Origin: Phenylobacterium sp. SCN 70-31 | GTDB lineage: Bacteria; Pseudomonadota; Alphaproteobacteria; Caulobacterales; Caulobacteraceae | Reading direction: 5' to 3' | Length of the DNA: 64,000 nt | Assembly: GCF_001724605.1 (NCBI RefSeq) | Contig: NZ_MEEX01000001.1 | Span: 132,295 to 196,294, forward strand | Part shown: in pieces, positions 26,848 to 36,982 of the stretch | Layout of the letters: the number at the start of each line of letters is the position of its first letter | Numbering within the stretch: the stretch's first letter is position 1 | Notes under the pieces: model-generated | What the model saw: only the letters and a program-made list of their open reading frames with translations | The model's database searches: none | What the model was told of the DNA's origin: nothing | Made by a program: the position numbers and the translations under genes

Positions 26848-27738
26848 TCAGGCGTAGGGGTCGGTGCCCGTATGGATGAAGGGCGCCACGCGCTCACCGT
26901 CCACGTTCTGCGGATCGACGTAGGGATAGAGGGGCCGGCCCACCAGCCGGTCCAGTTCCGGATACTTCTGCCGGAGTTGGGCCGAGACCGTACGGTCGTA
27001 CAGCGCCTGAGGACGCATGTAGGTGCGCATGTAGTTCTGGACCAGGGTGATCCTCAGGCCGTCTTTGTTGCGCGGCAGCGAGCCATGCCACGTGGCGCCG
27101 TTCCAGATGGCCAGCGAACCGGCCCTGGCGATCAGCGGAACGGTGCGGATCGGAGAGGTCTCCATGTCGGCCTCGTACGGCAGGGTGGCCCGGCCGTACT
27201 TGTGGCTGCCCGGCGCGAAGATGGTGGGACCATCCTCTTCGCCCGCATAGTCGGTGCAAAGCCAGGAGGCGTTGCACATGTGGGCGATGCTGCCGCCGCC
27301 CGGCGGAATGCCGTGGGAATCGCTGTGCAGCGCGTGAGTGCGACCTTCGCGGCCCTTGATGATCCAGGTCTGCCCCGAAAGGATCGCGCTTTCGCCCAAC
27401 AGCCAGCGAACGAGGGCCAGCATCACCGGGTTGGTCGCAGCCTCGACGAAGACCTCGTCCTCCTCCAGCACGTCCCACTTGTTGGGATCGATCGCCGCCT
27501 TCGACGGCGAAGCCGTCAGCGGATCTCCGATCGGGATGCCGTTCCGCTTCTCGCAGGTGCGCAGCATGGCGTCGCGCAACCGCTCGGCGAAGCCGTCCGC
27601 CGACCGGATCTTCTCGGGCGGCACGACGGTGAAGCCATACGCTTCGAGTTCCACGACATGCTCGAACAGGTCGTATCGGGCGATCTCACGCATGATGGCG
27701 TCGGCGTGGGGCGACGCCCCGCAGTCCGAGATTCTCAT
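26848..27738 (-). CDS. PhyH-family Fe(II)/2-oxoglutarate dioxygenase 3 (divergent paralogue)
   Basis: THALHSDSHG (HxD) and GATWHGSLPR. 26 nt downstream of the TonB receptor on the same strand. Confidence 0.7.
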   Translation of the reverse strand: MRISDCGASPHADAIMREIARYDLFEHVVELEAYGFTVVPPEKIRSADGFAERLRDAMLRTCEKRNGIPIGDPLTASPSKAAIDPNKWDVLEEDEVFVEAATNPVMLALVRWLLGESAILSGQTWIIKGREGRTHALHSDSHGIPPGGGSIAHMCNASWLCTDYAGEEDGPTIFAPGSHKYGRATLPYEADMETSPIRTVPLIARAGSLAIWNGATWHGSLPRNKDGLRITLVQNYMRTYMRPQALYDRTVSAQLRQKYPELDRLVGRPLYPYVDPQNVDGERVAPFIHTGTDPYA

Positions 27739-27764
27739 GGTCTGGTCTCCTTCCTCTCGGGCGG

Positions 27765-30317
27765 CTAGCGGGCGCCGAAGCGGTAGGTGAGCTCCACCCC
27801 GAACGTGCGGGGCTCGGCGTACAGCTTCTGGGCGACCCCGAGGCTCTGGAGCGCGAGCGCGCCGGCAAAGGCGTAGGTCTTGTCCGTGAGGTTCTTGACG
27901 AACAGTCCGGCGTCCACGTTCTCGCGCCCGAACACCCCGGTCCAGTCAAGCCGAGCGCTCATGACGAGGAAGCCCGGTTCCGACACCGTGTCCTTCATCG
28001 AGCCTTCGGCCAGAATGACGGTCGGATTGTTGGAGTAGACCTCGATGTAGCGCTGGGCCTGGTCGCTCAGCCACGACCGCGACTGCCATGAAGCCGTCAC
28101 CGAGCCCTTCAGCGCCCCATACTCCTCCTGCATCGGCACGTCGTACTGCGCGGTGACGCTGAGCTTGTGCTTCGGCGTGTTGGCGAAGGGGTTGTTGGAC
28201 AGGTCGATGTTGGTCCCGGCAGGCGCAGCGCCGAGCGGATCCGAACCGGTCCACTTCGTATATTCGGCGTCGGTGTAGCTGTAGGTGCCGATCAGACTCA
28301 CCCGGTCGAACATCAGGAAGCCTTCGGCCTCGAAGCCCTTGATCGTCGCCGCGGCCACGTTGGCGGTGAAGGCGATGTTCTGGCCGGCCGGGGTGATCGC
28401 GTTCACGCCCCGCTGGATGTTCGAATAGTCGTCCTTGTATGCGGCGACGTTCAGGCGGCCGCGGGCTGCGCCCAGGAAGAAGTCCAGCTTCGCCCCGATC
28501 TCGGTGTCGATCACCGATTCCGATTCATACTGCGGCACGAAGCCCGGAACCGCCGCAGCGCCCTGGATCGTATTGAGACCGCCCGGCTTGTAGCCACGAC
28601 GGCGCGTGGCATAGACGAGCAGGTCGTCGTTGACCTTCCAGTCCAGAGCGAAGGTATAGCCGGGGCCACTGCCCTTGGTGATCGAGCGGCTCACGGCGCC
28701 CGGCGTGACCAGCCCAGAGGGATAGGACACCACCGCCGCCGCGCTGACGTTCGTCACCTCGGTGTGGGTCTTGCGATAGCCCGCCGTGAACTTCAGCCCT
28801 TCCAGGCCCACCCGTCCCAGGTCGGCGGTGAACTGTCCGAAGTAGGCGGTCTCGCGATTGTGGCCGGCCAGCGCCATGGGCGTCGCCGAAATGGGCCCCA
28901 GGTTCGGCGTGCCGACGCCGCCGAAGGTGCGGTTGAGGTTGGTGCTGCCGCGCAGGCCCTCGGAGACGGGCTGGTTCTGATAGTAGTAGCCCGCGATCCA
29001 GATCAGGGCGTTGTCGTAGACCGAGCCGTTGATCTGGAATTCGTTGGTGAACGTCTTGTTGAACTTGCCGGTGTCGCCGACCAGTTGGCCGTTGATCCAC
29101 TGCGACTGGCTGGAGGTGCCGAACGCCGAGGCGTTGAGGTCGAACGGGGTCGCCGAGTAGTTGCCGGCCACCAGGTTGCGGGCCTGCTGGAAGCTGAAGA
29201 TGTTCTTCACGCCGAACTCGAAGGCTCCCACCGACGGCAGGGTGATCTCGGTCGTGTTCACGAGGTCGTGGCGGTTGATGTATTCGCGGTTCGGATAGGC
29301 CGTGCCCGTGGTCATCCGGCGCAGGTTGTCCCCACCCCGGCGGCTGTTCTCCACCTCGGTCACCAGGGCCGCGCGGATGTCGGCGAGGATCTGCACCCGC
29401 TGCGCCTGGCAGGTCGCCACATCGGCCGAGAAGCCGAACTGCACGGCTTGGCCGCAGACAGCGGTGAAGGCGGCGGCGTTTCGATTCAGGTTCGCAAGAC
29501 CCAGGTTGGCGCCGATCGTGACCCGGGCGGCCGTGGTCGAGTCGAAGTCGTAGTAGTTGTAGAAGAGCGTGTTCTTGAACCAGTCGGCCGGCTTGAACAG
29601 CAGACTGGCGCGCAGCGAGCGGCTGTCGTCGCCGTCCATGTGCTGGCCGGTGATGGTGTTCTCGACATAGCCCTTGCGATGGGTCCGGTTCAGCGCCAGG
29701 CGGAACGCCAGGGCGTCCTCGATGATCGGCACGTTCAGCACCAGATTCAGGTCGCTGCGGTCGAGATTGCCGAACTTGCCGTTGACCGACCCGTAGAAGT
29801 CGTCGGCGGTCGGCGCATTGGGCCCGATGAGCACGGCGCCGCCGGCCGTCGCCCGGCCGAACAGGGTGCCCTGCGGCCCCTTCAGAACCTGCACCGAACC
29901 GATGTCGAAGAACGGCATCGAAGGGCCGGTCGGGCCGAACGGCGCCTCGGCGAAATAGGAAGTGACCGAACCGCCGCCGAACAGGCCCTGGCCGATCCCG
30001 CGGATCGAGTAGTTGGCCGAGTTGCGACTGAACACCGAGTTTGCGCCACCGACCGACAAGGACGGAATCACAACCTGAAGGTCGCTGGCGTTGTAGATCT
30101 GGCGGTCCTGAAGTCCCTGCCCGCTGACCGCGGTGACGGCCGCGGGCACGTCCTGAAGATTCTCTTCGCGCCGGCGGGCGGTGACGATGACCTCGTCGAG
30201 CGACGTCGCCGACGGCGTGTCAGCCACGACCTCGGCGAGTGCGGGCGGTGCCGCCAGGCTGACGACGAGGACGCCGATGGCCGAGCCGTATTGGAGCGCG
30301 AGCTTTCTGGTGAACAT
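27765..30317 (-). CDS. TonB-dependent outer-membrane receptor 1 (850 aa)
   Basis: Signal peptide, plug with TonB-box-like DEVIVTARRREENLQDVPAAVT, and a beta-barrel ending in the C-terminal ELTYRFGAR region. Start set at ATG 30317 inside the chimeric track ORF 27765..32141. Confidence 0.9.
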   Translation of the reverse strand: MFTRKLALQYGSAIGVLVVSLAAPPALAEVVADTPSATSLDEVIVTARRREENLQDVPAAVTAVSGQGLQDRQIYNASDLQVVIPSLSVGGANSVFSRNSANYSIRGIGQGLFGGGSVTSYFAEAPFGPTGPSMPFFDIGSVQVLKGPQGTLFGRATAGGAVLIGPNAPTADDFYGSVNGKFGNLDRSDLNLVLNVPIIEDALAFRLALNRTHRKGYVENTITGQHMDGDDSRSLRASLLFKPADWFKNTLFYNYYDFDSTTAARVTIGANLGLANLNRNAAAFTAVCGQAVQFGFSADVATCQAQRVQILADIRAALVTEVENSRRGGDNLRRMTTGTAYPNREYINRHDLVNTTEITLPSVGAFEFGVKNIFSFQQARNLVAGNYSATPFDLNASAFGTSSQSQWINGQLVGDTGKFNKTFTNEFQINGSVYDNALIWIAGYYYQNQPVSEGLRGSTNLNRTFGGVGTPNLGPISATPMALAGHNRETAYFGQFTADLGRVGLEGLKFTAGYRKTHTEVTNVSAAAVVSYPSGLVTPGAVSRSITKGSGPGYTFALDWKVNDDLLVYATRRRGYKPGGLNTIQGAAAVPGFVPQYESESVIDTEIGAKLDFFLGAARGRLNVAAYKDDYSNIQRGVNAITPAGQNIAFTANVAAATIKGFEAEGFLMFDRVSLIGTYSYTDAEYTKWTGSDPLGAAPAGTNIDLSNNPFANTPKHKLSVTAQYDVPMQEEYGALKGSVTASWQSRSWLSDQAQRYIEVYSNNPTVILAEGSMKDTVSEPGFLVMSARLDWTGVFGRENVDAGLFVKNLTDKTYAFAGALALQSLGVAQKLYAEPRTFGVELTYRFGAR

Positions 30318-30384
30318 GAATTCCCCCTCTGGTTGTCGCCACCCCAGCCTTCTGGACGCCTGTCTGAAGTCCTGGCTCGCTGAG

Positions 30385-30423
30385 TGGTAACGTGTTTTAT
30401 TGCCCGAAGGTAACGCGTTATTC
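30385..30423. promoter_or_regulatory. Island operator copies 4a (TGGTAACGTGTTTTAT) and 4b (AGGTAACGCGTTATTC)
   Basis: Two adjacent sites, 30385..30400 and 30408..30423, with centres 23 bp apart. They lie in the divergent TonB-receptor / acyl-CoA-synthetase region. The right half-sites are degenerate. Confidence 0.55.
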
Positions 30424-30479
30424 CCGGGTAGGCAAGGCGTTGAAAAGCCGTCTGCCCCGACGCCCCTTGAGGAGGAAGC

Positions 30480-32102
30480 ATGCTCTCGGACAGAAAGATG
30501 GAGATGGCGAGGACGCCCGATGTGAGCCTCATCCGCACCCTCACGGAGAGGGCCGACTCCACCCCGGACAAGGCCTATGTCGTCGACATCGAAGGACGCA
30601 CGCTCACCTATGCCGAGACCGTGTCGGCGGCGCAGCGATGGGCCGGCGCCTGGCGGCGCGCGGGCGTGTCGGCGGGCGACCACGTGGTCACCATGCAGTA
30701 CAACACCATCGAGTCCCTTCTGGGCTGGTTGGGACTGGCCTGGCTCGGGGCCGTCGAGGCGCCGGTCAACACCGACTACCGCAGCGACCTTCTGGCCCAC
30801 GCCCTCAACCTGACCCGGGCCCGGGTGGTGCTCGTCCTGGACCGGTTCCTCGATCGGATCGCCGAGGTGGCCGACCGGCTGGAGCATCTTCGCGCCATCG
30901 TGGTGATCGACGGTCCGGCCCGACCCTGCGCGGACTTCGAGGTCACGGCCGGCGAGGCCTTCCTCGCCGGAGCCGAAGCGCCAACAGACCTGGAGATCCC
31001 AGCGCCTTGGGACATCATGAACGTGCTCTTCACCTCGGGCACCACGGGGCCGTCCAAGGCCGTCCGCCTGCCCTGGGCCCAGATGCACGCGATGGTGACG
31101 GGATCGTTCCGGATCGAGGACTTCGGGCCCGACGAGGTCGTCTACAACGCCGGCCCGACCTACCATGTCGGCGCCAAGGTGTTCCCTTACCTGGCGGCGC
31201 TCTGCGGCGGCCGACACCTGATGCGTCCCTTCATCAGCCGCAGCGCCGTGGCCTCGGAATATCTGCAGTTCGGCGTCACCGTCGGCGGCGTGGTCCATGA
31301 CTGGCTGGCCGAGCCCGAGCAGCCCGACGATGCGCAAAGGCCGCTGAAATTCCTGCTCACCCCCTACCGCGACCCCGCGGCCGAGCCGTTCGCGCGCCGG
31401 TTCGGCTGCCGGCGCTTTGGCGTGTTCAACATGACCGAGGTCAGTTCGCCCATCCAGTTCCGGGACTGGGACGCCGCCGTCCACGACGAGGCGGGTCGGA
31501 TGAGCTGCGGCGTTCTTCGGGAGGGTTATGACGCGCGCATCGTCGATGCGCACGACCAGCCCGTACCGGACGGCCAGCCCGGCGAGCTGATCGTCCGCGC
31601 CGACCGTCCCTGGGTGATGAACGCGGGCTACCTCAACAATCCCGAGGCCACCGCGGAAGCCTGGCGCAACGGCTGGTTCCACACGGGCGACGCCATGTAC
31701 CGCGACGCCGACGGCAACTTCTTCTTCCTCGACCGGATCAAGGACGCCATCCGCCGGCGTGGCGAGAACATCTCCAGCTTCGAGGTCGAGGCCTACGTCA
31801 ACGCGCATCCCGCGGTGGCGCTCTCGGCCGCGGTCGCGGTGAAGAAGAACGAGCACGCCGGCGCCGACGAGGAGATCAAGATCGTGGTCCAGCGCGTCGC
31901 CGGACAATCGCTCTCGGCCGAGGACCTGATCCGCTGGCTCATTCCGCGGATGCCGCGCTTCATGACGCCGCGCTATGTGGCGTTCATGGACGCCCTGCCC
32001 CTCACGCCCACCCAGAAGGTGCGCAAGAAGGTGCTGCGGGAGGCGGGCCTCGGCCCCGATGTCTGGGACCGCGAGGCCGCCGGGATCGAAATCCCCCGCT
32101 GA
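30480..32102 (+). CDS. AMP-dependent acyl-CoA synthetase/ligase
   Basis: AMP-binding motif LFTSGTTGPSKAV. Also WFHTGD and the RIKDAIRRRGENIS C-terminal domain. GAGGAGGA RBS. Confidence 0.9.
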   Translation: MLSDRKMEMARTPDVSLIRTLTERADSTPDKAYVVDIEGRTLTYAETVSAAQRWAGAWRRAGVSAGDHVVTMQYNTIESLLGWLGLAWLGAVEAPVNTDYRSDLLAHALNLTRARVVLVLDRFLDRIAEVADRLEHLRAIVVIDGPARPCADFEVTAGEAFLAGAEAPTDLEIPAPWDIMNVLFTSGTTGPSKAVRLPWAQMHAMVTGSFRIEDFGPDEVVYNAGPTYHVGAKVFPYLAALCGGRHLMRPFISRSAVASEYLQFGVTVGGVVHDWLAEPEQPDDAQRPLKFLLTPYRDPAAEPFARRFGCRRFGVFNMTEVSSPIQFRDWDAAVHDEAGRMSCGVLREGYDARIVDAHDQPVPDGQPGELIVRADRPWVMNAGYLNNPEATAEAWRNGWFHTGDAMYRDADGNFFFLDRIKDAIRRRGENISSFEVEAYVNAHPAVALSAAVAVKKNEHAGADEEIKIVVQRVAGQSLSAEDLIRWLIPRMPRFMTPRYVAFMDALPLTPTQKVRKKVLREAGLGPDVWDREAAGIEIPR

Positions 32103-32150
32103 GACCGACCGGGCGCGAGGCGGGGGCGCCCGCCTCGGCATGCCGACTCT

Positions 32151-35100
32151 TCACCAGGTGTCGATGAACGGCCGCTTCTTGCCCTCGCGTCGGGGGATCG
32201 GCGTGCTTTCGAGACCGGCGACGATCCATGTCCGCGTCTCGGCCGGGTCGATCACGTCGTCGAAGTCGAAGCCCATGGCCACGTTCAGGGCCTTGCCCTG
32301 CTCGTAGGCGTTGGTCACCATCTTCTGGAAGGCGGCCTCGCGTTCCTCCGGGTCGGCGATGGCTTCCAGTTCCTTGCGGTAGCCCAGCTTCACGGAACCC
32401 TCCAGGTTCATGCCGCCGAACTCGCCGCTCGGCCAGGCGATCGTGAAGAACGAAGCGTGCGAGCACCCGCCGGCCATGGCGAGGATGCCCAGGCCGTACC
32501 CCTTGCGCAGCACGATGGTGAACACAGGCACCGTCAGGTTGGGGCCCGTCACGAACATCCGGCAGCAGTGGCGGATCAGCCCGGTCTTCTCGGCCTCGGG
32601 TCCCACCATGTTGCCGGGCGTATCGGCCAGCACCACCAGGGGAATATCGAAGGCGTCGCAGAGCTGCATGAAGCGGGCGGCCTTGTCGGCGGCCTCCGAG
32701 TCCACGGCGCCGCCCAGGTGCGCCGGATTGTTCGCGATGATCCCGACCGGCCGGCCTTCGATCCGCGCAAGGGCGGTGACCATGCCCAGTCCGAACCCCT
32801 TGCGCAGTTCCAGCACCGTTCCTTCGTCGGCCAGCGTCTCGATCACCTCGCGGATGTCGTAGACGCGCACCCGGTTCTCAGGGATGAGGTGGCGCAGTCG
32901 CCGCTGGTCGGCGCACGACCACGTCGGCAGCCGTCCCTGGAAGTACGACAGATAGCGCTTGGCCGCCTCGACCGCCTCGGCCTCGTCGCGGACCACGATA
33001 TCGACGACCCCGCCCGGAACCTGCACCGAGAGCGGCCCCACCTCGTCCGGGGTATAGACACCCAGCCCGCCGCCCTCGATCACGGCCGGCCCACCGACCC
33101 CGATGGTGGAACCTTCGGTGGCGATGATGACGTCGCAACAGCCCAGCAGCACCGCCGCGCCGGCGAAACAGCGGCCGTTGGTGATCCCGATCTGGGGAAC
33201 CAGGGCGCTGAGGCGGCCTTGCAGCATGAACGCCTTCACGTTGAAGATGCCGCCGCCCGAGACGCGGTCGGTATCGCCGGGCCGCCCGCCGCCGCTCTCC
33301 GAGAAGTAGATGACCGGCAGCCGCCACTTTTCGGCCAGTTCGAACAGGCGGTCGGTCTTCTCGTGGTTCTTCATGCCCTGGGTGCCGGCCAGCACCATGT
33401 AGTCGTACGACATCACCACACAGCGGGACGCCTCAGGGCCGAAGATGTCGCCATTCACCCGGCCGACGCCGGTGACCATGCCGTCCGCCGGCGTCGTGCG
33501 GATGAGTTCCTCGACCGGATTGCGCAGCCGGCGCCCGGCGATCACCAGCCCCCCGTACTCCACGAACGAACCTGGGTCGCACAGGTCGTCCACATTCTCG
33601 CGCGCTGTGCGGAAGCCCAGCTTGCGCCGCTTGGCCACCGCCTCGGGTCGGGCGACGTCGAGCAGAAGGTCGTGCCGGTCGAGGACCTCGCGCAGGTCGG
33701 GGCGGACATGGTCGAGGTCGATGGCGTCGCCATCGTCGGCCGCCGTCTCGCCGAGGTCGGCCGGCTCCACGAACACCAGGCTCTGGCCTTCCGACACGGT
33801 GTCGCCCACCGCCACCGCATGGAGACGCACGACGCCATCGACGCCGGCGGCGACGAGGTGCTCCATCTTCATGGCCTCCAGCACCGCGACGGGCTCGTTC
33901 GCCCGGACCTCCGCGCCCACCGCGACGGCGAGGCTGACCACCGTTCCCTGAAGAGGCGCCTCGACCGCCTGGGTTCCGGGCGGCCCCGTCACGTCGGCCG
34001 CGCGAGTGTCGGCGGCGCCCGAGGCGTCCAGCTCGAAGTTCACCGAAGGCGCCGAAAGCTCCGCGGCGGCGGCCAGCTGGCCGGCCCGCGTCTCCATGAG
34101 CGCCGTGGTCCAATCCCCCGCCACGAAGACCGGATCGCGCAGGATGGCGCGCAGGAACGGGATGTTGGTCGGCGCGCCTTCGATCCGGAACTCGGCCAGC
34201 GCCCGGTCGGCGGCGCGATAGAGCGCGGCCTGGTCGCCTGCCGCATCGTGGACGATCACCTTGGCCAGCAGGGAATCGAACCGGACGCTGGTCGCGTATC
34301 CGGTGTAGCCGAAGCCATCCACGCGGACGCCGGCGCCCGACGGCGGCTCGTAGGCGGCCAGGACGCCGGCGGCCGGACGCGCCGTCCCGTCGTCGGCCAT
34401 CCGCTCCAGGTTCACCCGGGCCTGGACCGCGACGCCGCGCACAGGCGGCGGGCCATCGGCGAGACCCAGGTCGGCCAGGCTGCGCCCGCTGGCCACCGCG
34501 AGCTGGAGGTCTACGAGATCCAGGCCCGTCACCGCTTCGGTGACGGTATGCTCCACCTGGAGCCGGGCGTTGGCTTCGATGAAGGCGTGTCCGCCGCCCG
34601 GCTCCACCAGGAACTCGATCGTGCCGACCCCACGATAGCGCACCGCCCGACCCAGCTCGACCGCCGCCTCCAACAGCCGCAGCCGCACCGCCGGGTCCAG
34701 TCCTCGGGCGGGCGCCAGTTCGACGATCTTCTGGCGCTGGCGCTGGACGCTGCAGTCGCGATCCCACAGGTGGATGACCCGTCCCGAGCCATCGCCCAGA
34801 ATCTGCACCTCGATATGACGCGCGCGGGGCATCAGCCGTTCGACATAGAGGTCGCCGACACCGAAGGCCGACAGCGCTTCGGAGGCGCAGCGTTCATAGG
34901 CCGCCGCCAGGTCCTCGGGCCGCTCGACGGGCCGCATGCCTCGCCCGCCGCCGCCGGCCACAGCCTTGACCATCACGGCGCCGCCAGGTCCCAGGTCGCG
35001 CAGGAACGCAGCGGCCTCGGCAAGGCTCGTCGGCCCTTGTGTGCCGTCCAGGGTGGCGACGCCGCAATGGCGGGCGATCTGACGCGCCGCGGCCTTGTCG

Positions 35101-35435
35101 CCGAACGCGTCGAGGGTCTCGGGTTCCGGCCCCACGAAGGTGAGGCCGGCGTCTCGGCAGGCCCGCGCGAACGCCGCCGACTCGCTGAGGAAGCCGTAGC
35201 CGGGGTGGACGGCGTCGGCGCCGGCGGCCGCGGCCGCCGCAAGAACGCCCGCCGCATCCAGATATGCGGCCGGTCCGACGCCGCTGAGCGCCACGGCCTC
35301 GTCCGCCCGGCGCACATGCAGGGCGCGGGCGTCGTCCTCCGAGTGCACGGCGACGGTCGGGAGCCCCAGCCGCGCGGCCGTACGCGCGATGCGGATGGCG
35401 ATTTCGCCGCGATTGGCGATCAGAAGCTTTTCCAC
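32151..35435 (-). CDS. Single-chain acyl-CoA carboxylase (biotin carboxylase + BCCP + carboxyltransferase fused, LCC-like)
   Basis: N-terminal KLLIANRGEIAIRIART ATP-grasp biotin carboxylase, biotinylation motif EAMKMEH, and a C-terminal AccD/PccB-like carboxyltransferase (MVLAGTQGMKNHEK, SESGGGRP). GTG 35435 lies 7 nt after the MFS stop. The track start at 35501 is an alternative. Confidence 0.85.
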   Translation of the reverse strand: MEKLLIANRGEIAIRIARTAARLGLPTVAVHSEDDARALHVRRADEAVALSGVGPAAYLDAAGVLAAAAAAGADAVHPGYGFLSESAAFARACRDAGLTFVGPEPETLDAFGDKAAARQIARHCGVATLDGTQGPTSLAEAAAFLRDLGPGGAVMVKAVAGGGGRGMRPVERPEDLAAAYERCASEALSAFGVGDLYVERLMPRARHIEVQILGDGSGRVIHLWDRDCSVQRQRQKIVELAPARGLDPAVRLRLLEAAVELGRAVRYRGVGTIEFLVEPGGGHAFIEANARLQVEHTVTEAVTGLDLVDLQLAVASGRSLADLGLADGPPPVRGVAVQARVNLERMADDGTARPAAGVLAAYEPPSGAGVRVDGFGYTGYATSVRFDSLLAKVIVHDAAGDQAALYRAADRALAEFRIEGAPTNIPFLRAILRDPVFVAGDWTTALMETRAGQLAAAAELSAPSVNFELDASGAADTRAADVTGPPGTQAVEAPLQGTVVSLAVAVGAEVRANEPVAVLEAMKMEHLVAAGVDGVVRLHAVAVGDTVSEGQSLVFVEPADLGETAADDGDAIDLDHVRPDLREVLDRHDLLLDVARPEAVAKRRKLGFRTARENVDDLCDPGSFVEYGGLVIAGRRLRNPVEELIRTTPADGMVTGVGRVNGDIFGPEASRCVVMSYDYMVLAGTQGMKNHEKTDRLFELAEKWRLPVIYFSESGGGRPGDTDRVSGGGIFNVKAFMLQGRLSALVPQIGITNGRCFAGAAVLLGCCDVIIATEGSTIGVGGPAVIEGGGLGVYTPDEVGPLSVQVPGGVVDIVVRDEAEAVEAAKRYLSYFQGRLPTWSCADQRRLRHLIPENRVRVYDIREVIETLADEGTVLELRKGFGLGMVTALARIEGRPVGIIANNPAHLGGAVDSEAADKAARFMQLCDAFDIPLVVLADTPGNMVGPEAEKTGLIRHCCRMFVTGPNLTVPVFTIVLRKGYGLGILAMAGGCSHASFFTIAWPSGEFGGMNLEGSVKLGYRKELEAIADPEEREAAFQKMVTNAYEQGKALNVAMGFDFDDVIDPAETRTWIVAGLESTPIPRREGKKRPFIDTW

Positions 35436-35442
35436 GGAACCC

Positions 35443-36942
35443 CTACTGCCTTTGCATCGCCGCGCGTTCCTCGCGCTCCAGGTCGGCCAGGATTTCGGCA
35501 TGCCGCTGCCGGCTGAGCGGGTAGGCCCACATGATGCTCATCGAGATGCAGGTGAAGATCAGCATGGCCGGGCCGTAGAGAACGGCCAGTTGCACCGTGG
35601 CTTCGTGCGGCACGGCGTCGACCGGAACGCCCCGCGGAAACCGGATGACATCCAGCGCCACCCCCGCGATCGCGCCGCCGACGCCTAGCGAAGCCTTGCG
35701 CGTGAACGCGCTGGCGCCAAACAGGAAGCCCTCGGATCGCCCGCGGAACCGGTGATGATAGGCGTCGGCCACATCCGCCAGCATGGCGCCCGCCACCACG
35801 ACGGCCGGACCGCCGATGAAGCCCGATACGAAGGTGCTGGTCGCCAGGATGACGGTCAGCAGCCCCTTGTCCTCCAGCGGTATGACCCCCGCCAGCCCGA
35901 GGCCGATCGTTGCCGCCGGGACGATGACCGAAAAGACCACGCACGCCACATAGACCGGCTTCTTGTCGAACCGGTGCGCCAGCGCGCGGGCGATGAAGGC
36001 GCCGGCCATGAAACCGAAGACATTGGCCACCAGCACCATCTGGACGCCCGTCGGCGGCAGCCTCCAGAAGTAGGTGTTCAAGTGGATGTTCAGCGCCGCC
36101 TGCACGCCCCCCAGCACGTACGAGATCAGGATCGCGACGAAATAGATCGTGAACGCCTTCAGTCGGAACGCCGTGAGCAGGTTCCGGATCAGGCCCCCAC
36201 TGCCCATCGCCAGGCTGCCGTTCGCGGCGCCGCGCGCATATCCTTCCTGGGCGCGGCGCTGGGTGCCCAGAGCCGAGACGAAGATCACCACGATCACGAT
36301 GGCGCCGCAGAACAGCGCCAGGGGCTGGTAGGCCTCGGGATTGAGCTGGCCGTTCGGAAACGCTTCGGTGGGGCGGAAGAACAGGCTGAACGCAAGGCCC
36401 AGCACCGCCAGCCGCCCGATATAGGCGAACATCGCCCGATAGCCGCTGACCGACACCCGCTCCTTGAAGTCGCTGCTCAGTTCGGCGCCCAGAGCCATGT
36501 GGGGCACGAAGTAGAACGACTGCATCAACCGGCCCACCGCGGTGAATCCCAGCAGCCAGGCGAACAGGCCCCACTGGCCCAGCGTGTCCGGGGGGCTGAA
36601 GAGCAGGAACAGGCAGATCGCCAGCGGAACCGGCGCCAGGTAGAGGAACGGATGTCGCCGGCCCAGGCGGGATCGGAAGTTGTCCGAGATGTTGCCGATG
36701 ATCGGATCGGTGATCCCGTCAAACACCAGGGCGATCAGCAGGGCCAGCCCCGTGAGCGAGCCCGACAGGCCCACGACCTGGACATAGAAGAAGAACAGGA
36801 ACGTCTCGAGGGCGGCGGTCTTCACGCCCTCCGCCGCCTCGCCCAGGCCGTAGCTCAGCTTTGTGGCCAGGGGCAGGCGTCCTTCTCTCTCCGAAAGGTT
36901 CGCCGGCTTCGGGTCGCTCGCCGCCTCCACCACGCTCGCCAT
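35443..36942 (-). CDS. MFS/GPH-family permease
   Basis: 499 aa with about 12 TM helices. The N-terminal KLSYGLGEAAEG pattern is paralogous to 44480..45919. Start trimmed to ATG 36942. Confidence 0.8.
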   Translation of the reverse strand: MASVVEAASDPKPANLSEREGRLPLATKLSYGLGEAAEGVKTAALETFLFFFYVQVVGLSGSLTGLALLIALVFDGITDPIIGNISDNFRSRLGRRHPFLYLAPVPLAICLFLLFSPPDTLGQWGLFAWLLGFTAVGRLMQSFYFVPHMALGAELSSDFKERVSVSGYRAMFAYIGRLAVLGLAFSLFFRPTEAFPNGQLNPEAYQPLALFCGAIVIVVIFVSALGTQRRAQEGYARGAANGSLAMGSGGLIRNLLTAFRLKAFTIYFVAILISYVLGGVQAALNIHLNTYFWRLPPTGVQMVLVANVFGFMAGAFIARALAHRFDKKPVYVACVVFSVIVPAATIGLGLAGVIPLEDKGLLTVILATSTFVSGFIGGPAVVVAGAMLADVADAYHHRFRGRSEGFLFGASAFTRKASLGVGGAIAGVALDVIRFPRGVPVDAVPHEATVQLAVLYGPAMLIFTCISMSIMWAYPLSRQRHAEILADLEREERAAMQRQ

Positions 36943-36966
36943 GAAGATCCCCGCCCCATCTGTTGT

Positions 36967-36982
36967 TGGTAATTTGTTACCA
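36967..36982. promoter_or_regulatory. Island operator copy 5: TGGTAATTTGTTACCA
   Basis: Perfect 6+6 inverted repeat 25 bp upstream of the MFS start codon. Confidence 0.7.

Noticed and set aside
27765-32141. 1458-aa minus-strand ORF in the track
   Set aside because: It is a chimera. Only the part from ATG 30317 downstream is a real TonB-dependent receptor, with signal peptide and TonB box. The upstream 600 codons are Arg/Gly/Pro/Asp-rich antisense shadow of the plus-strand acyl-CoA synthetase gene, which carries genuine AMP-binding motifs.
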